Below, in pieces: positions 54,724 through 64,000 of a stretch of DNA of 64,000 nt. The first letter of the stretch is position 1; the number at the start of each line of letters is the position of its first letter. The stretch lies in assembly GCF_009914755.1 (NCBI RefSeq), contig NC_060930.1, one strand, 5' to 3'. Source of the stretch: the human T2T-CHM13v2.0 reference genome, Homo sapiens. The notes under the pieces were generated by a model. That model had not been told where the DNA came from, searched no databases, and saw only the letters and a program-made list of their open reading frames with translations. The translations under genes were made by a program, and so were the position numbers.

Positions 54724-55214
54724 CCTTAAGAGCAACTATCAACTTAAATCAAAGAGGGGTAAGAGGTAAGCTCAGGGGATAGAGAAGATTAACCTAACAA
54801 CAAATAGCCTTTGCTTACTTCTGAGATACCTAGCAAATGCTGCCTTTTTGAATTTTGTGCAATTAGTTTAGTACTTCAATTACCTAGATATTTTTAAGTT
54901 AAACAAGCTCTTGAGTGATTTTTTCATCAATTTACATTGAGTTATAACAAATGTAGGAATATTTGTATTTAAAATGCACAAGAAAATGCAAAACATATCT
55001 CTAATTTGACCACTAAAAGGCCAGTTTCTGATGATAACTTTTTGCCATATCTTATTAACTGTAATGTATCTTTAAGGATGGCACATGGAATAGTTCCAAT
55101 GTATAACAGAAAGGAAATCTGATATTATACTTAAGTGCATTCTGTACTCTGTGGGGAAAGATGCAGAATATATTACAAAGAACAATGAAGACATGTTTCA
55201 AAAGTAAGCATTAA

Positions 55215-55400
55215 TTTATTCATTCATTCATTTATTCCCTCACACTCTTATTCAACAAACATTTATTGAAAATCCTCCCATGCGCAAGGTGGGTGTTCTA
55301 TCTAAATTCTATGAAGAACAAGACAGACAAGGTCCGTCTTCTCACAGAGCTTACATTTTAGTGAGGTAAAGTTGTCAATAAGTATGCAAATTAAAAAAAT
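55215..55400 (-). mobile_element. L2 relic
   Basis: TTCATTCATTCA...TTCAACAAACATTTATTGA...CTCACAGAGCTTACATTTTAGTG. Confidence 0.75.
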
Positions 55401-56257
55401 GACAGGCTCAACTAATGCCTCCAAAAGCAACTATTTTTAAAGCAAAATCTGATTGTGTTCAAGTCTAGCAAAGAGTCACAAAAATATATTTTTAGAAATG
55501 AAGATTGTTGACATGGTAAGGTTATTCATTCTTTCTATTTTTATAAATAAATCAATTAACCCTATTTTATTTTAAAAAGTCATGCAAGGTCAAAAACGTT
55601 GGGATGATTGGTATTAAACTCTGGTGGAAGAAGCTCCCTGAATGCCTCCCTGACATCAGTCATACAGGTCAGGAAGCAAACACCTTTCCTCTTGTTTCCT
55701 AACTGCCCTTTTTACCCATTTCATAGCACACACTTACTCCGGTCACCAAACTGGTTACCATCCTCCTGTGTTCTGTTTTTGTAAGAGGGCATTTATTTGG
55801 CCCTAGTTACCCAAGAAAAGGCAATTAGTCTTGACAACTGCTGCAAAGAGAAAAGACGAGATGATGGAAACATTCAACACTTAAAAATCCTTAGATTTCA
55901 AGCATTGGGGTCTCTGCCCCTATAGATTTCTGGGAGTTTGGGACAATTAAAATATATCTTTTATTTTTTTAAAAAAATACATATAAATGAATGCTAAAAC
56001 AACTCTTAAAAGGAAATTGCTTTATATAGTCTGGCTATGATCAGCAAAACTGGTATTCATATTTACATTTGTTTATTATATCAGTGAGGTTTGAGAATCA
56101 TTTAAAAGAATTGTGTTCTAATTCAACCTAAATTCCCTTCCTGTTAATCTGAGCTAAATGTCCCAAACACAGACATGGCAGTTTTTAAATCTCTGAAAAC
56201 TATTTAAAAACTAATATTAAAAATATAGTTTTAAAATATATTGCATATACCTGTATA

Positions 56258-56483
56258 CTTAGGTATGAAGAAATTTCCTCTTCCTTCATGGTAATTAGCA
56301 AGAAACTTCTATAAAAGTTACAATGCCAATTATTAGAAACATGCATATCAGGTGTCCCACGTAGGACTATTTCCAAGCAGTAGAGATTATGCATCAATCT
56401 GCTTTTTGAAATCCAGACTGATTTTCCAAAACACTTTTAAATAAGAGGCCTCAAGCCATATATAAGAAACAAGAAAAGTTGTG
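56258..56483 (+). repeat. Dispersed direct repeat, copy 2
   Basis: Offset exactly 1760 bp from copy 1; flanked by inverted repeats. Confidence 0.97.
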
Positions 56484-56727
56484 TATATTTGTATACAGGT
56501 ATATACGAGTGCCCGTATATGCAAGCTGAGGTGGAGAAATTGAAGACACAGATTATGTAAGCCATTAACTCTTTAGGGGAGCAAGCTCTGATGTTCCCAC
56601 TTGAAGATGGGAGAGGGGAGTCCTCTCATGCTTGCCTCTCACTGTAACTTTTATGCTTTTGTCTGTGGGTGTGTTTGTTCAGTGCTTAGACTGAACAACA
56701 GTGACCTCTTTGAAACAAGAGGATATA

Positions 56728-56782
56728 CAGTTCACGTGCCACATAATGACTTTCAGTCAATGACAGACTGCATATATAAAAA
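56728..56782 (+). mobile_element. Tigger3-like DNA transposon terminal fragment
   Basis: TA, then CAGTTCACGTGCCACATAATGACTTTCAGTCAATGACAGACTGCATATA, similar to the Tigger3 TIR with decayed CpGs. Confidence 0.65.
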
Positions 56783-56947
56783 GCACATTCTAATAGGACC
56801 TTTGATAATCGTTTTGTCTTCTTGACTATCATCTTCTCTAGGAGAAAGTCTTCCCTGATACTCTGCCCCCTGCCTCCACACATACACATACACAAACACT
56901 CAGATATATCTCTACCACACATACTCCTGGCTAGGCTAAGTGCACCC

Positions 56948-57278
56948 TTTTCTTTTTCTTTTTCTTTTTCTTTTTCTTTTTCTTTTTCTGAGACAAGGCC
57001 TTGCTCTGTTGCCTAGTCTGGAGTGAAGTGGCCTGATCATAGCTTACTGCAGCCTCCAACTTCTGGGCTCAGGCGATCCTCCCACCTCAATTTCCCAAGT
57101 AATTGGGACTACAGGCATGCACAAACATGGCTGGCTAATTATTTTTATTATTATTATAAGTAGAGATGGGGTCTCACTATGGTGCCCAGGTCGATCTCAA
57201 AGTCCTGGGCTCAAGCAACCCTCATGCCTTGGCCTCTCAAAGTGCTAGGATTACAGGCATGAGCTATCATGTCCAGCC
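56948..57278 (-). mobile_element. AluJ with (TTTTTC)n tail, inserted in an L2 relic
   Basis: CATAGCTTACTGCAGCCTCC and CCTGGGCTCAAGC; L2-like flanks 56820-56945 and 57280-57500. Confidence 0.93.
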
Positions 57279-58069
57279 TAGCTACCCCTTTTCTATACTT
57301 TCCTAGCATCATGTGTGGGTCTTTCTCATACTATCTACAGCACACTGTGATTGTGTATTTACCCATATTTCTCCCAAATGACTATAAACACCTCAAGGGA
57401 AAGGATTATAGCTTATTCATATTTGAATCCTTAGTATTTATGACAATGCTTGGCTCATAATAAGCTCTCAAGAGATATTCATTCCATTGAATTGAAATGA
57501 CTTCCACTTGGGTTTCACAGTAGAATACTCATTACTCATCAGACTTACTCAGGGGACAAGTCTCTGGCCTCATTTTCATTTGCATCTTGGCCATGATTTT
57601 GCCTACTGTCAATCACCATGAAGTACAGAAAAGCAAACTGAGCTATGGTGAGCCAAATTAACTGGACCTAAGATGACCTCATCAGCAAAGCGCCCTAAGC
57701 AATCAAGCAATCGGGTCAGCTAGTTGCAGCCTATAGTTATCGTGGAAATCTGGTTGCTACTTTGATCTCAGCTCACCTTGCCAAATACTCCTTTTGTTTG
57801 AAAGATAGTCATAACAAGTACAAAACAACACTGAGTGAATATTTTTAATATTATAAGCACCTAGATAAATTTAATTTCTATTTCCATTAATGATCTGAAT
57901 AACCTAAATTCTTCTAATACCTATATTTGTCCAATTTTAAGGTATTCTGACTTAGGCAGAAATTGGGCAATTATCTGATTAATTCAGGCCAATATTTTTA
58001 ACACTGGATTTCTGCATCACAAGAATTGTTAATTTATTCTTATATCCTCATTCCTGGTACACAATGGGT

Positions 58070-58320
58070 GCTCAGAAGTAGCTAGGATTTACTGAGAGCT
58101 TACTATATGCTAAACTGTACAACAATGTGTTATCTTACATTAAGTCTCACAAAAATTAAAACTCTCAAAAAACTTCGCACTAATTGTTTGAGATAGATGA
58201 GATTACAATCTGAGTCTTAAGAAGGTTAAGTAACCCACCCAAGGTCGAATTAAGAACTTGAGCTATCTTTTTAATCACTACTCTATATAGACATTTGTTG
58301 AATAAATGGTCAGATGCATT
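58070..58320 (-). mobile_element. MIR relic
   Basis: TTTACTGAGAGCTTACTATATGC...GAAGGTTAAGTAACCCACCCAAGGTC. Confidence 0.65.
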
Positions 58321-59069
58321 TTGATCAAGCCTATGCTTATTTGAAATATCACATGCTTTTTTGAACTTTATAGATATATATTAACCATTTGGAAAAATGT
58401 AAGAACAAAATCTCATGGAAAATGTAAATTTCAATCTTGCAAACTAAACATTCGATTTATACACTTTCAGGATTTACTCTGTTGTGTGAATATGCGTACT
58501 TTAGAATAAAACTGGTATCATACTATACAATGAATATCAAGTTTTAATTCAATAATGTTTAATGAATAATTCCCTATGTCATTAATAATCCTCTTATGAG
58601 TATTATTTTAAAAGATACATTATTTTACTTCAAGAAAATTTTATGATTTGTATAATAGAACTATAGCTTTTGGACATTTTGGCTACTTATAACTTTTAGT
58701 GCTTTGATAATATCATTACAAACATCATTACACATATATTTTATAATTTTTAAGAAACAAATATGTTCTTAAATTTGTTTTTTAAGGAAAATTATTATTG
58801 GTTGAATGATTACATCAAAGGGAAATGGATTATTTTCATATGTAATTTCATGCTACCTCCAACAAAGGTTTTATCCTGATTATATTGTAGACCTTAATTC
58901 ATTTAAATTTATGCTGATTTTTTAACTTTAGAGACATATTGCTCATATTCAAGTACATTTTAATTCATGTTATAAGTATATGACAACATAAACATGTTTT
59001 GACATCCTCTACTGAATATATTCTTTTTACACCACTAAGCATTTTTAAAATTTAGTTTTTTATAAAAAG

Positions 59070-59110
59070 GACAGATAGGCAGGCAGGCAGAGAGAGACAG
59101 AGACAGAGAT
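59070..59110. repeat. (GGCA)/(GACA)/(GA) simple repeat
   Basis: Seen directly. Confidence 0.85.
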
Positions 59111-61491
59111 GACAAGCATAAACAAGGAATTGTAGCTGTGGTCTAACAGATTACACATTTTTAAGCACCTAAATTTAGAAAATTAGGTGGTATACTTTAT
59201 TATTGATCATTTGGGGTCAAACTAGCTAATCTGGCAACTTAATTTTCCTAGGGATTTATTTGATGTAAAAATATGGTCTGATCGTTCTTCAGTGGTTCTT
59301 TCCTTTTAGGAGTCTTGCTCATGAGAACCTGTCTTAAAACTTTTACTGCTTGAAATATGTAGAAAGTCCAAGGGTAAAGGAGAGTGGAATTTGTTGTTGT
59401 TTACTATGAAGAATTATCATTGAGTCAGTTCACCTTTGGCTGGCATCTGGGGAAAGTTTGCCTGCACGACATGATTAACAGCTAAAATATTCTTACGGCC
59501 TTTATCTCAGCAGTCTAGAAGGTTCGAATGAAAAGAACATTATCCATAGAGGAAGTAGGAGGTAAACATTCCTAACAAAAATGGACACTCAATAAATACA
59601 TGTTAAATAAAAGAATAAACAAATACGTTCAAGTCGATTCTAGTTGTGCAGTGGTAACCCTTGTCGTATTGGAACAGTAATGCACATGGACCATGAGTCC
59701 TTGTATTCTTCTTGAGCCAGCTTGGTGAACTTGGTCAAACCACTGACACTCAATTGCTTCACTGGTAAAACAAAGCCAATAGCATCCGCTATACTTATCC
59801 ATTAGATTTTTTATCCATTAGATTTTTTAATATATATGAATACAATTTATGAAAGTACTGTATACTATGTACTTAGTATATACTTAATTAGTATGAAAAT
59901 AAAGTAAAAATACCATAGAAAATTAGAGGTTTATGAATTGCTAATACATGAGATATTTACTAGGGTGTATATTTACTATGTCTTCTAAAAGTATAAGTTT
60001 GGTAAGCAGAAATCTCTTAGGGTTTAGCATTTCTTTAACTGATAGCAAAAATTTTGAATGTTAACTATTTAAGTGTATCTACAGTGACTTTCCTTTTCTT
60101 CATGATATTGCCTTGTTTATCCCTTTGATTTATCCTCATGTCCCACTGAAGCAAGCTATGCACCTTAATGCCATCTTGTTTATGGGGACTAATAAAAGAA
60201 AATTGTCTGCAATGGGAGATCTGCTTTATTTACATGCAAATTAAAACTATATTCCTTCGGTTACAGGCCAAAGATTATTAATGCATGATGTGTAACAATT
60301 TCAGGCAAAGGTAAAAATGCTGTTCCTTCCTATAATCTAATGCAACTGATTTCATTTTTGTAAAATGGTGCAACAAATTGAGCCATGGCATTTATAGTAT
60401 CTTACGTGTTTTATGCTGCTTTTTAAAATTTATATAAGAAATGGAAAAGAAAACACTAAATTGCTAGACTAGTAAAGCAATTGACTGGCTTGAAATTTCA
60501 GGAGGCAAGGAATATCTGTTTTACCATTCCATATTATGACTGGAAAAATATAATTCTTCTGCCCACTTTATTGTATCTAGAAAAAGAGTTAGTAATATTT
60601 ATCTTGAAAGAACATTCTAAGAACTAATACAATAACTTGCCAAATGGATTAAAGTTTTGGAGAAGAACGGGGATCCTGGTCATTTTCTGGAGTCAGATAC
60701 AGTCAGTTTCCTTCTTTTGAAACTCACACAGGCAATCATCAGATATTAAGAAAGGGATCAAGAAATCGAGGAGGCAAAAGAACAGAAGAAGTAAATACCT
60801 ATAGCTTGCCCAGAAGGTAATGAGATCTCTGAAAGAATTAGGGTTCTATGTACTTAAGCAATGCGATTAAAGAAAGCAAATTAAATGGGCCAAGAGATAA
60901 ATGAAAAGTGTCTGAAGATAACTTTTTTCCAATTGCATTCTTATGATTCAAAATGGAATATGGTCCCCTTCCAGAGGAAAAGAATTGTACTTCAACTCTC
61001 TTGTAGTTTCTTTATCAGAACTCTGATTATTCCTACTTGAAGTAGAGAGCCATTTATTCCAGGGTTTTTCTGATTTTATATCTTGACCATGACACATTCT
61101 TTCCTATATCGTAGGATGTGTTTTCCCCTTCATTCTTATCTTTAAATGACAACTTGTGGCCGACTTTAGGTCCTATAGGAAAATGTAGCTTGGCTGTATT
61201 GAAACAGGAACTCCAGCAATACCATGACAGCTCAGGCGCTCCCAAGCTTTCTGATTTTATGTCTTGAAATTAAAGGGAAACTTTTTGTTACTTATGTAAC
61301 AATGGATTGTGAGTGAATAGAGTGGATTCTTTCTACATGGGCAGTGTGAACAAGATTATTTAAGGTTGCATATGTAAACTGGGATAAAACTTGAAAGAAC
61401 ACACTCTCAGAATGAAATTTCACGATAGCCTGATATATAATAGTGTTCCCAACACTTTATCGAAGTTGAATTTTTGCTTAGAGATCAATTT

Positions 61492-61567
61492 ATTATCTAT
61501 TTATTTATTTTAAAACAGCTTCTTATGGAGCAGGGATAACTCTTAGGCAGTGCAACCGGAGTCAGCC
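61492..61567 (-). pseudogene. Retroposed short hairpin RNA (probably LTR-derived) with A-rich tail
   Basis: Minus strand GGCTGACTCCGGTTGCACTGCCTAAGAGTTATCCCTGCTCCATAAGAAGCTG plus (TAAA)n tail; TSD AGAG(A/C)TCAATTT at 61480 and 61569. Confidence 0.75.
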
Positions 61568-61860
61568 AAGAGCTCAATTTCATGTACAGCTAATTATGTG
61601 ATAATTAGAGAAAGTGAGGTACTATGATTATAAACAGAAATAATTCATGAAATTGTTTGAAATATGGGACAAACTCAGTAACACAACACTTCTTCAATTT
61701 TTCTAGCCTCTTCCCCAACCAATAACTTTTCTTAATTTTTTTGTTCTGTTTTTATATGATATAGACAGTGTTTATTCTAGTGGGCTTTTCTTTTCTGTGG
61801 CATTCTCCACAAAGAAAATTCCAGATGAGAAATTCGAATTTTTAAAAATTTCATGTTGCT

Positions 61861-62137
61861 GCAGGAACCAAAAACCAAACACCACATGTTCTCACTTATA
61901 AGTGGGAGCCAAATGATGAAAACATGTGGACACACGCAGGGGAACAACACACACTGGGGCCTGTCCAGGGGTGGGGGAGGGAGAGCATCAGGAAGAACAG
62001 CTAATGGATGCTGATCATTCCCATAGGATGAGGGGATGATCTGTGCAGCAAACCACCATGGCACACGTTTACCTATGTAGCAAACCTGCACGTGTACCTG
62101 AGCATGTACCCCTGAACTTAAAAAATGAGGAAAAATC
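61861..62137 (+). mobile_element. L1PA8-10-like 3' end
   Basis: CATGTTCTCACTTATAAGTGGGAG...GAGAGCATCAGGAAGAACAGCTAATG; perfect 14-bp TSD AATTTCATGTTGCT at 61847 and 62138. Confidence 0.95.
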
Positions 62138-62444
62138 AATTTCATGTTGCTTACCTCTGTATCTAAACAATAAAGAAAAATGCCTTCATAATAGTTACTT
62201 AGTATAAGTAATCAGCATCTCGCTTATAAGTATTCTGAGAATAAATATCTTGAATGAGAATACATAATATTTTCCAAGTGTTTGTCATACTTACACTGAA
62301 AGGAGTTTAATGCTGGTTTTTTGAAAGTTAATGAATCAATTATTAATTGAGGAGAATTTATTTTATAAATAGAAAAATCAATTGACAATAACTGGAAGAA
62401 TCAAATGCCACAAGTTGGCCATTCAAGCAAAAAGAAATTAAGAT

Positions 62445-62660
62445 TTATTATATATCCACTATGTGCCAGGCATTTTGCTAGGCACTTTATGATTACTTTT
62501 TTATTTAACTCCCATTGTAACTCTGTGAGTTAAGTTATTTCTCCCCCTTTCCTGCCAAGAAAAGTAAGAGTCAGTAAGATTAACTACCTTGCTCAATGCT
62601 CATATGTGACTGAGGCAGGAGTCAATACTATAGCTGACTTGAAAGCCAAAGATGATCTCT
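62445..62660 (-). mobile_element. MIR
   Basis: ACTATGTGCCAGGCATTTTGCTAGGCACTTTA...AACTCTGTGAG. Confidence 0.75.
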
Positions 62661-62815
62661 GAGAAAACTGTTGGGCACCTAGATAAAATGATGTTGAATG
62701 TAACTGCATATGAATGTTAGTTCTAACCTTCACTTTCATGTGATAGTTCTGTAGTCTTTGGTCAGAGAGAATGCAGAACTCAAAATATTATCCTGACTTA
62801 AATTATAAGTTTACT

Positions 62816-63115
62816 GGCCGGGCGCAGTGGCTCTCACGCCTGTAATCCCAGCACTTTGGGAGGCCGAGGCGGGTGGATCACTTGAGGTCAGGAGTTCGAG
62901 ACCAGCCTGGCCAACATGGTGAAACCCCATCTCTATCAAAAATATAAAAAATTAGCCGGGTGTGGTGGTGCATGCCTGTAGTCCCAGCTACTCAGGAGGC
63001 CGAGGCAGAAGAATCACTTGAACCCAGGAGGGATAAGTAAGTTGCAGTGAGCCGAGATTGTGCCACTGCACTTCAGCTTGGGGTGACAGAGTGAGACTCC
63101 ATCTCAAAAAAAAAA
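62816..63115 (+). mobile_element. AluSx/Sz-like
   Basis: GGCCGGGCGCAGTGG...GGATCACTTGAGGTCAGGAGTTCG; TSD TTATAAGTTTACT at 62803 and 63119. Confidence 0.96.
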
Positions 63116-64000
63116 GAGTTATAAGTTTACTTATTTCTGTATATTTGGCTCAGTTGGTAATATATGAGGAAAGGACTTAACCTGTTTGGACATTGCTACT
63201 ATTTGCATGGCATGGCCATTTCTTGCCCTTCTGAGTCCTCTTATTACACTGCATGACTGGAATTTTAGGTAGGGAAGAACAAAGAACCATTGTCTTCAAT
63301 TGGATTAACGTTTGCACCTTTGGCACCTCAAGTTGAGCCAGAAACCACTCTGAAGATGAAGTGAGACACAAGAACTTTCCTCCAACAGGTTCAGTTAGGA
63401 AAAGATAGGTAAGCATGACAGCCAAAGTGGAAAATGTGAACAGACGCATAAGAAGTCACGTCTCACTGAATCTAAAGTTTAAGCTAGCCTATATTTCAAT
63501 TGCTCCTATTTCTAGTAGGACACATAGTATCAACACAAACAGTAACTACATGTACGACTCAGATGAGCTACAATAAAGGCATTTGGTTGAATAAAATTTT
63601 GATAAGATAGTAATTAGTAATCTGTTTAATACCATACCAATAGTTGAAAAAGAACAAGATTTGCAGAACTGATAGATGCCCATTACTTTCTGGGAAAGGA
63701 AATACAATAGTAGATGCTCAAAAATGATAATAACTTTTCCAGAAACATTTAAAATGTACTGTAATTAACTCAGTAAATTAGACTCTATTATACTAGAAAC
63801 TTATATTCATAAAGGAAGGGAGCATAGAGGTGACAGTAGCAACGATTAGCATTATTTTATTCTATTTTGAAGATTAGAACTTCCTGATTATTTCATATCT
63901 TGCTAAAGTGATAGAAAAGCATATATATGCATTTCTAAATAAGCAATGTAACTGATATATATAGTATTATAAAATATTATAAGTGTTATATATGTACATA

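Noticed and set aside
54416-56397. Paralogous-looking ORF pair (MMHDVYCLEM.. and MMHNLYCLEI..)
   Set aside because: Explained by the 216-bp DNA duplication; many differences are non-synonymous and there is no gene structure

Overview
AT-rich, repeat-dense primate genomic DNA, very probably human or another hominoid (it carries AluY, a young L1PA and an LTR12C/ERV9 solo LTR). No protein-coding gene, tRNA, rRNA or CRISPR array can be supported; the ORF track consists of Alu, L1 or ERV remnants and chance ORFs. The window is intergenic or deep-intronic: 13 Alus, about 12 L1 pieces, several MaLR/ERVL/ERV1 LTRs, MIR/L2 relics and microsatellites. The most interesting items are: (1) a ~4.4 kb ancient provirus at 5577-10024 (minus) with two MLT1N2/M-type MaLR LTRs around ERV-L-like gag, RNase H, integrase and dUTPase remnants; (2) a ~55-nt hairpin small-RNA retrocopy with A-tail and TSD at 61492-61567; (3) an 'ends-only' L1MC of ~575 bp between TSDs; (4) two locally templated insertions, one flanked by inverted repeats; (5) a candidate promoter at ~33.0-33.7 kb with two ATG|GTAAG exon ends, one a 13-nt microexon. 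Repeat subfamily calls come from recalled consensus sequences, not from a run search, so they need RepeatMasker/Dfam confirmation.
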